The notes: generated by a model not told the origin, from the sequence alone. Counted from the first letter of the stretch, positions 50,222 to 61,523 are shown. The stretch: 64,000 nt of DNA from Cenarchaeum sp. (GCA_965242695.1 CBDESU010000001.1:1408001-1472000), one strand, 5' to 3'. Numbers and translations are program-made.

Positions 50222-51690
50222 TGCCGCGGTGGATTTTTAGCCCCGTATAAGCATAGCTTGCGGCACTGTGCGAGGGCGCGGCATGCAAAGGCCCGGCTGG
50301 ATCGGGGCCCTGCCGCAGGTTGTATCGGCGGCTCTGTCCGTTCGGCCCGGCCCGCGCCGCTCGCGGCGGAAGATGGTGAAAGAGGGGGGCCTAGGAGGGG
50401 GCAAGGGCGCGCCCGCAAGAGTGCGAGCAGACGCCGTCGAGATCTGGCCGGCTCTTGCCGGGTACCGCATCGAGCAACGGAGTTGGCGGAGAGGGGGCGC
50501 CACACTGCCCCGTCCAAGGCCAGACGGTGGCAAGGCAGGGCGCTTGTCACCTGCGCGGCCTGCCCCGCCTCGGCCGGAGCGCGACCCGCCGGGCCATCCC
50601 GCCGCGCCCGCGGGCGCCCTGCGCACCCCCCCCCCCCTGCGGCACTCGCGCGGGCCATCGCCGCCGGCCTGCGCATGCGCGCCGGCAGACGGTCGCGCCT
50701 TCTTCAAATTCGGCGATGCGCGCCACGAACCGCGCGCACTGCGAACTGCGAGCCGGGCGCCAGAGGGGCCGCAGGGCGGCCGCACACTGCGCGCCGGGCG
50801 GCGTCCTACGCGCCCGCAGCCGCGTTTCTGCGCCCGCCGATCTGCCGCTCAACGTGCGCCGATCCAACGGGATGCGCCCGCAGGGCCGCGCGGCGGCCCG
50901 ATCTCGCCACGCCTTGGGCGCCGATGCCGCCGTGCGGCAAGCTGCCCCGCGCCGCCCCAGAGGCCCGAACATGCGCCGTGCGGCATCAGGGCTCTGGCGT
51001 GCCTTGCAAAGGATCTTGGGCCTGCCAAGCCCTTATATGCGCCCAAAGTGCGCCGGCATGCATGGGCAGATGGGAAATGCGCTGGGAGACCCGGCATGCA
51101 AACGCCGTCAAGGACTACGAACGAAAGGAGGAAGAGGGCAGGGTGCAGATGGTCGACTTGACGCAGAGGCTTGACGCCGCGGCCGGATCACGGCCCCAAG
51201 CGGAAGCCTCTTGAAGGCAAGAAGTCAGTCGACGGGCTCGATGCCGACGAAGAGCGGTATTTTTATCAACGCGAACCGCACGGGGCGCAGGACGGGCCCG
51301 CCCATCTGCGGCAGGCGGCAGCGTGCCGGCAAGCCATCCTGTGCGGAGGGCATCGCCATCCTGCTCCCTGCATCGACGGCGGCTTCGCCCTTGCAATGCA
51401 TGTCGAGTCGACTCCGAGCGCCGGCGATCTTGACCGAGCGGCGAGCTGCGCGGCATCCCGGACTTCAGAGATTCCCCCGCAGAGGCTCGCAGCCCCGGCG
51501 CGCTCGGGCCGGCCGGCCGGACGGCCGACCAGGCACGCCCGGCGCGCACTCTGCACGCAGGGGCGATCTGGACAGGGCGCAGTGCGATCGCATGCTCCCA
51601 TGCCGACATCCCGCCGCCGTGGCCGGCGCGCGGATCGCCCACGCGCCTGCGGCCGCGTCGAAAGTCATATATCACAGGGGCTGGGCGGCA

Positions 51691-52238
51691 ATGCCAGAGT
51701 ACGCAATGGACAGTCCCACCTTGGCGGAGATTTCGGACAGGGTCCCGGCGCTGGTAAAGGCCGGCATAAGGGGCCTGACCGACGACGAGAGGCTGGGCCT
51801 GGTGATAGCGCTCGCAGAGGGCGGGAGGATGACATTCTCCGAGATAAAGGCAAAGTACGGCCTCGACCCCAGCACGCTGGGCGGCCACCTGAGCGCGCTG
51901 CAGAGCGGAAACCTTGTGCGCAGCTACTACGAGAAGGGTTCGGAGGCGCATACTCGTACTACGAGGCGACCGAGCTGCCCGAGGCCGTCATAGGCGCGCT
52001 GCTCGCGTCCGTGTACGGGGCCGAGGCCGGCGAAGGGAGGCCTCCGCACCCCGGCGGTGGCTACCCGCGGGCGCTACTGGGTATGGAGGAGGGCGGCCCG
52101 AGCCGGCAGACACAAGTCGCCGCCGGGCTGCATGGTAAGAGCCACATGCAGGCTGCGGCGCGCCCGCCCCCGATCTCCATCCCTAACAACGACACGGGTG
52201 GAGAGGCGCAATTCCCAGGCCTCGTGTACAGGGTCTGA
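51691..52238 (+). pseudogene. ArsR-like winged-helix regulator, frameshifted near 51950
   Basis: MTFSEI..LDPSTLGGHLSALQSGNLV, with YSYYEATE continuing in another frame; ATATAT box upstream. Confidence 0.65.
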
Positions 52239-52345
52239 AGCAGGGAGGCGGCGGAGCCATGGCGGCCGCGTGTGCGGCGCCCCTCTTGCGTGCGAGGTGC
52301 ACGGCAAGCAACAACAGGACGGACAGGGCAGGCAGGGACAAAGCA

Positions 52346-52415
52346 AAAAAATAAGTAAAAGGACGAAGTTAACCGACATTCGAATGAAGGCGTCCACTGG
52401 GAAAGCGGCGCCTTC
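52346..52415 (-). ncRNA. Putative small RNA type B, orphan copy 2
   Basis: CTATATG box at the same spacing as copy 1; hairpin GAAGGCG-CCGC-UUUCCCA-GUGG-A-CGCCUUC; compensatory changes relative to 26462..26526. Confidence 0.62.
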
Positions 52416-53653
52416 GAGATGGCTCGCCACTGCGCGCATATAGGCACATCTCGCGGACGGGGCAGATCCTAGGCGCGGCCACCCGCCCCGCCCCCCGCCC
52501 CGCCCCGCACAGCCCCCCCCCCCACGCGGCGCAGCGGGGCGGGATGTCGGAGGGTTGCAAGCCGCGGCGCGGCCGCTCCGGCGGGGCCTCGTCATACCCG
52601 CCTCACATCGTCGCATCCGATGGCGGCATCGCCGACGGGGCGCCTGCACCGCGGCGCCGTCGGCTTCCCGCTGCGCACCGGGCTCGCGCCCCGGCCGGCT
52701 GACGCGCCGCGTAGGCCGAGCGCGCACGGCATGCGGGCTAGGCCAGGCCACCGCCCTTATAGCACGCCCCAGCGGCCTTGGCTGCGTGGAGTGTGTCGGG
52801 ATCGAGGAGTTTGACGGGCCAACGCGCGAGCAGGCGGACGGACTCGCAGGCCAGCCCAATGGGCGCCCGCTACGCGAATGCCCGTCCCCGGACGAGCCTA
52901 GAAAGGCGGCAGGGCCAAGCCATGGCGAGTGCGAACACTGCAGTCTCGGCAGGCTGTACCCCTCGCCCATGGCCTGGCCCCGCGGCGCGCCACGGGGCGG
53001 GGCTGCAGGGCGCACCGGCCTGCCCGCCGGCAGGCGGCAGGCGCATGCGGGCGCAGCCGAGGAGATGGGCGGTATGATAGCCCCTGGCAGGATGCAGGGA
53101 CGTCTGATGCCCTGCACGTCCAGGACGCGCAGTCACCCCCGCATGCGCGACATCTGCACACCCGCCGAGTTTGGGCAGGCCGCCGGAGAAACAGCACGGT
53201 GCACCCTGCGGACTACCCGGCCGACCGGGGCGCCTCGAACGATCCCGCCCGGGGCGCCGACAGGCAGATCAGGGCACAGGCGGGTGCGAAGAGTCCGGGA
53301 TGCCGGCAGATGGCATTGCCGGCGGCGCGGGCTGCCCGACCGCCCATATCTTCGAAATTCGGGAAAAAATTGTGGGAGTGGATCGCCCGTGCGTGGCCGC
53401 CATGCCGCTCCCCGCCCCGATGCTGGACGCGGCCCGGACGGTTCAGATCGCGCTGTGCCGCCTCTGCATTCGTACGGGAGGAAAGCGCCGCCGCCGATCT
53501 CGGTCTCGGGCCAGAGCCGGCCCCGCCCTGCGGAGGTGTTCCCGCCGCCGGATTTGTGCATGGACGAGAGGGCGGCGGACGCTGGAGGCAGGACCCTTGC
53601 ATAGCCTGGCGCCTCCGCCCCGGAAGGCCGCGGCAGGCGGCCCCGAGGGCGGG

Positions 53654-53992
53654 CTGTCCATCGATCCCGCTCTGGCGGCAAAGGCGCGCGCTGACAGCGC
53701 GTACGGCGGGTTCGTCGATGCGATAGCGTCGGCCTGCGCGTCGCCAGAGGCCGAGTCCCTGGAAATGGCAAGCTGTCGCCTTTTCGAAAAGAGGGACATC
53801 GAGCGCTACTCTTGGCTAAAGATGATACTGCACGTGGATTTTGTGGGCGGCGACTTTGGCAACAAGAGGGGGCGCCGAATAGCCCTGAGGCGGATCCTGG
53901 ACGAGCGCATCAGCGCGGCCGAGCGCGAGTCGGACGACCCAGAGCGCACCGGCGAGATAGACGGGCGGTTCTTCATAACGGTGAAGTGGTAG
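53654..53992 (+). CDS. Possible hypothetical protein (start uncertain)
   Basis: Only the 3' third of ORF 53171..53992 has protein-like composition. Confidence 0.35.
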   Translation: MSIDPALAAKARADSAYGGFVDAIASACASPEAESLEMASCRLFEKRDIERYSWLKMILHVDFVGGDFGNKRGRRIALRRILDERISAAERESDDPERTGEIDGRFFITVKW

Positions 53993-54882
53993 CAGGTAGT
54001 CCAGGCCCGAAGACTCCCCGACCTCGCGGCAAGCATTCGCGGCGGGCAGGGCACCCAGGGCCGCGCCGGCGCGCGGGCCGCGCCCGGACGCCGCTGCCAC
54101 GCTGTGCAGCCGGCGGCAAGATCCCCGCAGGGGCGCTTCGGCGGAACGCCACACGGGAACGGCTACGTTTGCGGGTGCGCCGCGCGCCCTGTCAGCAGGG
54201 CAGGACGCCGCGGCCGGCCGCCGCGGTGCGGCCAGCCCGCGCCCTCGTACCCGCACCCGGAACGGGAGATCTTGCAGGCGCCGCCTGCCGGGTCGAGCCG
54301 GTAGGCGCGGCTGTCCAGGCCGGCGCGGCCGCCCGCCCAGTGTGTTCTGCCATTGGCTCCAGCGGCCCCGCCCCCTGCAGGCAGTGCCAGCCGCGATCGG
54401 CCTGGACGCACGGCTTGCACGGGGCGGGTGGGCGCCGGTTCCCTGACTCGCACCTCCAGGCGGCACCGCCTGGCATCGCAAGCGACCGGCTTGTCGCCCT
54501 TGTCGATCGCCGAGGCTCCAGGCCCCGCACCGCCTCTGTTTCCGCGGGGCGTCGGGACGAGAACGCGGGCGGGATGATCGTCTTTGCCGTATGTGCATGA
54601 ACGGCATCAGTGCGGCCCACGGGGGGCGTTGCGGCAAGGGCGGCGCTCGAGTGCCCCGGCCCTCCGTGCGCCGATCTATGACCGTCGGCGCGGTCGAGAC
54701 TGCGCGCGGCGCAAGGCGGCGCAACGCGGCAGAGGTTGCGGCGCATGGGCGCCACGGCCACGCGTGCGGGGCGGACAGCCTGATGCGGGTTGCAGCAGTA
54801 TGCCCCCTCTGCAGGCGATCAGTTCGCAGCACCAGGCCGTCAAAACACAGGGGTTATATTGGGCGGCTAGGCGCCCGCCCCC

Positions 54883-54948
54883 GTGGGGGTGTCGCCTCTC
54901 CAGGCGGCATCACCGAGCGTCTTAAGTAACTAATTTGTTGCTTTTTTT
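54883..54948 (+). ncRNA. Putative small RNA type A, orphan copy 2
   Basis: TTATAT box at 54854-54859; block 54880..54946 is 66/67 nt identical to 2681..2747; ends in T7. Confidence 0.65.
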
Positions 54949-55200
54949 GTCTTCTAGGCTCCAAGCCGTGCCCGCCCCTGCGCCCGCAGGGTGCGGGATA
55001 TCCGCGCCAGCCGCAGCCCGGACGTGTCCCATGTGGGCAAGGTGTCGTTGACGGGGACGGAACAGGCCCTCGCCAAGCTTGAAGATCGTCGGCGATTCCG
55101 ACGATCCCGGCTCCCTGCAAGCGGCAGCGCGCGAGTCGGGCCGCCCCATGGCCGCGTGGAGGTGAACCTGGCGTAGCAGGGCTTCGCCCGGCGATCCCGC
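54922..55200 (-). pseudogene. Heavily decayed 3' remnant of a paralog of gene 2723..3886
   Basis: ESPTIFKLGEG versus GSPKIFKLDED; terminal KSNKLVT* identical; frameshifts in between. Confidence 0.75.
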
Positions 55201-55539
55201 CGCGGCCCCCTCCTTTCTCCATCCCCGCCGGCGCCGCGGCCCCCCCCCCCTCGCCGCTACTGCTTGGAGGCGTGCGATCGGCCGGCATCGGGCCCGACCG
55301 CCCCGGCCGCAGCTTCCGCGCATGCCGGCAGGTTTCCCCTTCCATCCTGCATCCGCAAGCCTGCGGCGGCATGCGAGCGCGGCAGGCGGAATGCCTCGCC
55401 CGCCGCGTCCCGGCGGGCGCAGGCGTCCGCAGGGAGCGCAGGCCATGCGCGCCCCTTCCCCGCCAAGCCGCAGCGCACGCCATGCGCCTTTTCGCCGCCC
55501 GGCGCCTCGCCGGGCCCGCCCCATTCCAGCCGCCTCCCC

Positions 55540-55785
55540 TCATCCTTTGGGGTCGTCCCCCAGGATCAGCGGCATGACTGCGGTGTAGCACTGCACCTTG
55601 TCGCACACTAGCGACGGCACCCCGGCGGTGAATTTTATGCACCCGGCATTGTCCAGCACGACCGTGTCGCCGCACACGGCGCACTTCATCTCGCCGTTCC
55701 TAAAGGCCTCGGCCTTTCCGAGCCTGCCAAGGGCGGCCTCCAGGTCCGCGACATGTATCGCCTTGATCTCCTTGAGGACTGGCAC
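55540..55785 (-). CDS. Small Cys-rich (zinc-binding) protein
   Basis: CAVC...CDKVQC; TTATAG box about 25 nt upstream. Confidence 0.65.
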   Translation of the reverse strand: MPVLKEIKAIHVADLEAALGRLGKAEAFRNGEMKCAVCGDTVVLDNAGCIKFTAGVPSLVCDKVQCYTAVMPLILGDDPKG

Positions 55786-55973
55786 CGGGCTGGATCGCCT
55801 AGCGGGGCGCTATAACGCTTCCCGTGCCGGTACGGCCGCGCGCCGTGGGAGTGGGACTGCGGGACGCGCGCCCCTTCCCCAAGGCCCAGAACAGGCGGGT
55901 GCATCGTGGTATCCGCCGCCCCGCGCTGCCGGCCTCGCATTTCCGGGACCCGCCGGCCGGCCCGATGCCGCCG

Positions 55974-56125
55974 CTAGCCCCTAGGAAGCCTCTTGACATG
56001 CCACCTGCCGAGCCGCTTGACGGCGACATGGTGCGGAATACGGTTCTCGACGATCATCCCCGCCGCGGCCCCGACCGCCGCGCCGACCAGCGTTCCGGCG
56101 AGCACCGCGAACGCGCCGCGCCTGC
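55974..56125 (-). pseudogene. 3' remnant of the glycine-zipper cassette gene (copy 3)
   Basis: AVLAGTLVGAAVGAAAG..NRIPHHVAVKRLGRWHVKRLP matches 16785..17306. Confidence 0.75.
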
Positions 56126-56133
56126 CGACGCTC

Positions 56134-57264
56134 CTAGCCCCGGCGCCGCCGGCCGCGCGCGGCGCGCCGCCGGCCGCCCTGCCGATCCCCCTCGCCGCGC
56201 CGCTCCACGTCGAACCCGCCGGCCTCCAAGAAGCCGAGTATGTGCCGCACGGACAGGACGTCGTCGCGGTTGTACTCTAGGACGGACGGATCGATCGGGG
56301 TGCCGTCTGCGACGTGCCTCTCGAACGCGAGCGCCGCGTCCAGGCCGTCCATGCCAGAGTGTGCAAAGCCGTAACCGAGCACGGACCCGAGCGTCTTGAG
56401 AGCGTACGACTGGCACGGGACGGCGAATGCGCGCCGGACGAGCGAGCATGCGTCGATGTGCCGCATCGATGCAAACGCGCCCGGCTCGATGCCGTTGCGC
56501 GCCATTGCCGCCGCAGTCACCCTCTTGTCAAAGCCCGTCCCAGAGTATGCGACTAGCGCCGAGCACCCGTCGGACTGGATCGACCCGAGGTGGTCGACAA
56601 ACTCGGAGAGCAGGCGCCGCGCGCCGCGCTCCCGGCGGCTGCGAAACGCAGACCAGCCGGCTCCCCCGCCTCCCCCGCCGGCGCCCATGTCGACCATGAA
56701 CTGCTCTATCCTGCCGCGGTGCAGCACGCCGATCAGCCAGACCGCCGTCGATGCCGTGTCCGTCTCGATGTCGAATATGGCCATCTCCTCGTCCGGCGGC
56801 AGGACCATGTGGGACCGCTGTATGACGCGGTTCTCGGCGGCGGCGCGCGCCTTTGTCCGGGTGCGCTCGATGAACGACGCGGGCAGGCCCGACAGGGAGG
56901 CGGCGGCCCGCACGTCGGGCACGCGGGCCATGTCGTCGACCGTGCGGATGTCGGCCCTGTGCAGTCCGTACTCGCGCGAGTAGCCGACCCCGTGCAGCCA
57001 CGTGACGGGCCACGAGCCGAGCGAGCCCGGGTCGCCGAGGGGCCTGACAGGGAACGGATGGCTGCCGTCCGGCGGCGCCCGGGTCGTCCGGCGGACGATG
57101 CGCGCAGGCGGGCCGTCGTCATCCTTGGAGCGGCCGGCCGCGCCGCCTTTCGCTGCCGATGGCTGGTCGGGCGCGTCAGCGACGGGGGTTCCGAGGATGC
57201 TAAGGTGGCTGTAGGATGCGGGGGGCACATAGGGCGCCACGCCGCGCCGCCTCGGTGCGGGCAA
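56134..57264 (-). CDS. RNase_H_2 (YprB-like, DEDD exonuclease) domain protein; start uncertain
   Basis: IFDIET, YSGTGFD, HIDA, SYALKTL and LEYNRDDV motifs; HhH-like LHGVG. Confidence 0.8.
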   Translation of the reverse strand: MPAPRRRGVAPYVPPASYSHLSILGTPVADAPDQPSAAKGGAAGRSKDDDGPPARIVRRTTRAPPDGSHPFPVRPLGDPGSLGSWPVTWLHGVGYSREYGLHRADIRTVDDMARVPDVRAAASLSGLPASFIERTRTKARAAAENRVIQRSHMVLPPDEEMAIFDIETDTASTAVWLIGVLHRGRIEQFMVDMGAGGGGGGAGWSAFRSRRERGARRLLSEFVDHLGSIQSDGCSALVAYSGTGFDKRVTAAAMARNGIEPGAFASMRHIDACSLVRRAFAVPCQSYALKTLGSVLGYGFAHSGMDGLDAALAFERHVADGTPIDPSVLEYNRDDVLSVRHILGFLEAGGFDVERRGEGDRQGGRRRAARGRRRRG

Positions 57265-57663
57265 TTAACCCGTTGCGGCGGCTGCAGGGCGGACGGCAGT
57301 GGCGGCAGGGCCACAAGGGGTAAACAGGATGGCGGCGCTGGCCGCGGGATCTGGCCGAGTCGGGCGGCAGTGGCGGCAGGGCCACAATGGGCAAAGGCGG
57401 CGCGCAGATGACGGGCGGCAGGGCGTGTTCGAGGCGACGGGGCGGAGAAGAGGGCGCACATGTGCCTCAAGCCTGCCAGTAGACGAGCAGTCAGGCGTGG
57501 CACGAAGGCGTGGGCCGCAGGCGTGGACATACGCCTCGATCATACGTTGCGATCGCAGGCAGTGAAACCTAGGCACTTGTAACTATACGATCACATCTGA
57601 TCTTATAATCAGGCGTCAAATTCAGTGATTAACATATATAATCACCGTGTCCGATCGGAAAGC

Positions 57664-59625
57664 GTGAGTAAGACCACCACGGTGGATATAACGCCCGACA
57701 AGAGCCTCATGCAAAAGATAGGCGCGGTCGGCTACAGGACGGAGCAGGCCATCTCCGAGTTCATCGACAACGCCATCGATGCGCGCCTGCCAGGCGAGGC
57801 CGAGCGGGTCAACGTGTCGCTGGACTTTGTAAACCGTACTATTACCATCTCCGACGACGGAAGGGGCATGACGCTCGAAGAGCTGCAACGGGGCCTCACC
57901 ATAGCAAAGGGCAAGGGCGGCCCTGCGCTGGCTGCCGCAGGCCTGGGAACGTTCGGCATCGGCCTCAAGAGCGCCTGCGCCGCCCTAGGCAAGTCGTTTA
58001 CGATAGTGACCTCGACCGAGGGATCGAAGGCAGAGTACGTCGTCGAGTACGACGAGGACAGATGGCTGCGCGACGGAGATCTCGGCTGGGGCAACTTCGA
58101 GGTGTCGACGAGGCCCCGCACCAGTGCCCACCGCGGCACGGCCGTCTCGATCTCGCGCCTAAAGGTGCCGCTGTACCCGAACCAGACGACCACCTTCAAA
58201 AAGAGCTTTGGTGTGAGGTACGGCGCATACCTGAGTTCCGGCCAAGTACGGTTGTACGTGAATTCTAGGCCCTGCAAAGCGGCCGAACCCGACATCAAGG
58301 ACGGGAGCCGCAGGGACCTGAAGATTCCGCTGAGTAACAGGAAATCCATGCGCGGGTGGATTGGACTCCTCGAAAAGAGGTCGATCAAGGGCGACTATGG
58401 AATGCACCTGTACAAGGACGGTCGCCTGATAAGGGCGTTCGACAAGTTCGGGATGCGCAGACATCCCGAGGTGGCCAAGGTGATTGGCGAGTTGCATATG
58501 GATCACGTACCGGTCAACTTTCACAAGTCCGGGTTCCTGACGGAGTCGTCCGAGTATGCAGAGTGCGTCGATGCGTTCAGAATGCATCCAGAGGTGGGGC
58601 ACATCATGCGGAGTGCCTCGTCGAGAGCGGAGTCGCAACAGCCAGACTCCCTAGTGCAGTCCATCCTAGACCATACCAGTGGGGGTGCCGCAGGGATTCC
58701 ACTGGGACGCGTTGGACGGGACCGGGCAGGGCGCATCATGAAAGAGTTCACTGGGCCGTACATGACAACTGGCGCAGCAGGTGCATTTGAGGTCGTATTC
58801 AGGGACGGCGCCGACGACGACCTATATGAGATAAACATGCCAGAGTCAAGAGTCGGATCGCCGTATAGGATAGCCATCAACAGGAAGAGCCCCGTGTTCA
58901 GGACGGCCAGCAACCCGCTGTTCCTAGTCGGCATGATCAGGGCAGAGGCCGAAATGCTCGCATCTGCTGGCGACGGCGCCGGCGACATGGCAAATATGGT
59001 AAAGAGGCGCAATGTGCTCTGGTGCAAGTTTGCCAAGGACTGGTCGGCTCCGGCCACGCCGCGCCGCAAGACGGACTTTGTCACACGGAAACGACAGCAA
59101 CCACGACTTCCAGGCTACGGACTGGTCAGCGAGCTTGTCGAGATGCACGACCTAGTCTACGAGAAGTTTGCCGATCCATTCCAATTCACTGCGCTCAGCA
59201 CGCTAGCGAGGTTCCTGCACAACGAGTATACAATAGTGCCGTACCACATAGTCACGGAGAAGGGCATGGGCGAGCGCCTGTGCGATCTTGTAAAAAAGTA
59301 TTGGGGCGGCGAAGTCGTAGCACTACTGAACCCCGGCGAGGTCGAGGCGCGCACCGCAATGGATATCTCGGACAAAGGCAGACTCATCGTGGTCAGGGAA
59401 TACGCAGGACCGGCATCCGGAACATGGGCCAGCCCTGCAAAGGCATGGCTGGACCTAGCGTCGGAGTGCAAGAAGGCATGGATGTCAGGGTACAGAGACG
59501 AGCTTGCAGGGATACTTGGGCGGTTGCTCGAGGACAACCTAGTCGAGGTGTCCGCGATCAGATCCGCCGCCAAGAACAGAAGAATGGCAGGCATAGTAGA
59601 CGACTGCATAGGTGGGACATATTGA
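57664..59625 (+). CDS. GHKL (HATPase_c_3, MORC-like) ATPase with C-terminal AbiEi-like region
   Basis: AISEFIDNAID, ISDDGRGM, LGTFGIGLKSA and GT motifs; S5-like YKDGRLI; C-terminal TALSTL and ASPAKAWLDL; ATATATA box about 23 nt upstream. Confidence 0.85.
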   Translation: MSKTTTVDITPDKSLMQKIGAVGYRTEQAISEFIDNAIDARLPGEAERVNVSLDFVNRTITISDDGRGMTLEELQRGLTIAKGKGGPALAAAGLGTFGIGLKSACAALGKSFTIVTSTEGSKAEYVVEYDEDRWLRDGDLGWGNFEVSTRPRTSAHRGTAVSISRLKVPLYPNQTTTFKKSFGVRYGAYLSSGQVRLYVNSRPCKAAEPDIKDGSRRDLKIPLSNRKSMRGWIGLLEKRSIKGDYGMHLYKDGRLIRAFDKFGMRRHPEVAKVIGELHMDHVPVNFHKSGFLTESSEYAECVDAFRMHPEVGHIMRSASSRAESQQPDSLVQSILDHTSGGAAGIPLGRVGRDRAGRIMKEFTGPYMTTGAAGAFEVVFRDGADDDLYEINMPESRVGSPYRIAINRKSPVFRTASNPLFLVGMIRAEAEMLASAGDGAGDMANMVKRRNVLWCKFAKDWSAPATPRRKTDFVTRKRQQPRLPGYGLVSELVEMHDLVYEKFADPFQFTALSTLARFLHNEYTIVPYHIVTEKGMGERLCDLVKKYWGGEVVALLNPGEVEARTAMDISDKGRLIVVREYAGPASGTWASPAKAWLDLASECKKAWMSGYRDELAGILGRLLEDNLVEVSAIRSAAKNRRMAGIVDDCIGGTY

Positions 59626-60754
59626 AGTCCAACCTACTCGAAGGAATAGAGAGGGCGACGATCATGCAGATCGCCGAACGCACGGTTTTCGCGATCCGCA
59701 TGTCATAGAACAACTATTCGTCGATTTTGCCGCCCACGAGCATGTGTCAGCGCGCCTTCCCTGCACCGTCTTCGGCGGCATGTGCATGCACCTGCATGCA
59801 GAGGGAACGGCACAGAGGCTCAGTCGCGATGTAGACATCATGACAACGGCGTCCGTAGACGACGTCAGCAGGGCTGTGCAAGACGAATTTGATCCGATAC
59901 CAGACTGCCAGATAAGTTCGGTCTCTCCTCGACACCCCCACCCGGTGAAAAATCTCCAATCACACCACATCCATTACGAATCGTGTCTAGGAGGGGAAGG
60001 AGAGGTGAAGATGGATTTTTTGTGCGAGTTCGCGAACAGCTTGCCTACTGAAGTGGTATACGTGCCACATGTGCTCGGAACCGAGCGGCCTTTCAAGGCG
60101 CAAGTGCTGACAAAGGGCGCCTTGCTTGTAGACAAGTCCACCACGCTCGCGCTAGGCGGGATAGGGCTTCCCGAGTGACGCCTCCGCGAAGCGCCAAAAC
60201 AGGTGTACGACATAGCAACGCTGATCCGTATGGTGGATGAAAACGAGCTAGGCTCCGCCCTAGGCATGCTAGACAATGCAATTACATCACGGATCAGCAT
60301 ACACAAACTCACCGAAAACATTACCGTGCCGAGCACTATTGCATCCATCCAAAGATCTTTAGAAAGCTTCCTCGATTTCAAATCCGCCGCCATCATGTCA
60401 AAGCAGTACAAACAAAATCTTGGGAATTTTAGGAGCAAGTATCTACGCAACGGCGGGGATCAATATCAGAAGCACGAAAGAATAGACGACCTTTTCACCG
60501 CGATGTTGTTTAGCGTAAGTGCAGGCAATGTAGTAAGCGGCGCCATGTCTGCCAACGAAGCCGCAAAAGAAGTGTCAAGTCGCATGGCAGAGGCACGTAA
60601 CCCTCCGCAAGACGCAAGTCCAAGTTCGGTGAACGCCATGAGGCATAGCTTACGGAGCATCTTGTCGCACAAGGACGTGAGCAAGGGGTTTCTTTCTAGC
60701 CTATCACAGAGTCAGCTAGCTATGCTAGAAGCCGCATATACAGCCACGTCATAG
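59622..60754 (+). pseudogene. AbiEii-like nucleotidyltransferase with apparent frameshift (about 59680) and in-frame TGA (60176-60178)
   Basis: VFGGMCMHLH..RLSRDVDI, KMDF, LLVDK, then *..KQVYDI in the same frame; TTG start overlaps the upstream stop. Confidence 0.75.
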
Positions 60755-60828
60755 CAAGTCATGATGGTTAAGCTAACATCCTAATCGCCGGTGAATCCGC
60801 ATGGGGCAGTTCAACGTCCATGCGCCGC

Positions 60829-61350
60829 TCAGCGGCGCAGCGAGCCGTCGACGTCCCTGCCGAGCTCGCGCATGACCCTGGCAAAGTCGGACGCATTCTC
60901 GCCCGTGTGCCGGAGCGAGCCGGACTGTATGTCGTACAGCCGCTCCACCTTGCAGAGGCCGTCGCGTATGGAGGCTGCAAGGCGCTTGCCCCGGCCGCCG
61001 AACCCCGCGGCCAGCTCGCTCGCCTCGGCGTAGCAGTTGCGTATCTCGTGCAGGACTGCGAGCGTCTCGACGTCGGTCGGGCGCGGCAGGGTCGCGACCA
61101 GGAACGTGATGCGGGCCGTCATGTGCTCTAGGCGCCGCAGGCGGATCTCGTCCCTGCGCGAGCGCACTGCCAGGACGACGGCCGCAATCCCGATCGCCCC
61201 GATTGCGGCCGCTGCGACGGGCCACGTGCCGGGATCGGATGCGGCGATCAGTGCAGTCGACAGGACCATGATCAGGCAGCCCGCAACGAACAGCACGCCC
61301 CACCGCGGCGCGCGCCGGCGGCGCGGCCTTGGCCCATCGTCGCCGTTCAC
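60829..61350 (-). CDS. Probable two-TM membrane protein
   Basis: WGVLFVAGCLIMVLS and AAAAIGAIGIAAVVLAV helices followed by a helical domain; TTTTTAG box upstream. Confidence 0.5.
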   Translation of the reverse strand: MNGDDGPRPRRRRAPRWGVLFVAGCLIMVLSTALIAASDPGTWPVAAAAIGAIGIAAVVLAVRSRRDEIRLRRLEHMTARITFLVATLPRPTDVETLAVLHEIRNCYAEASELAAGFGGRGKRLAASIRDGLCKVERLYDIQSGSLRHTGENASDFARVMRELGRDVDGSLRR

Positions 61351-61523
61351 GGGACTGCACCGGCATGCGGCCGCTAAAAACGGTTGCACGGCCCTGCCCG
61401 TCCGCCCCCGCGAGGGGTCGTTTTGCATCCGTCCCCTGCCGCGGCGCGGACGGAGGCGCATCGGAGGGCAGGGATGGATGTATGATCCCGCATCTGGTGC
61501 GATCGAAGCGAGCGCCGGCGATC

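Noticed and set aside
49655-51214. 519-aa ORF and the other long ORFs in 50200-55500
   Set aside because: Low-complexity Ala/Arg/Pro translation typical of GC-rich non-coding or decayed DNA. Only a short stretch near 51060-51270 might be a gene relic.
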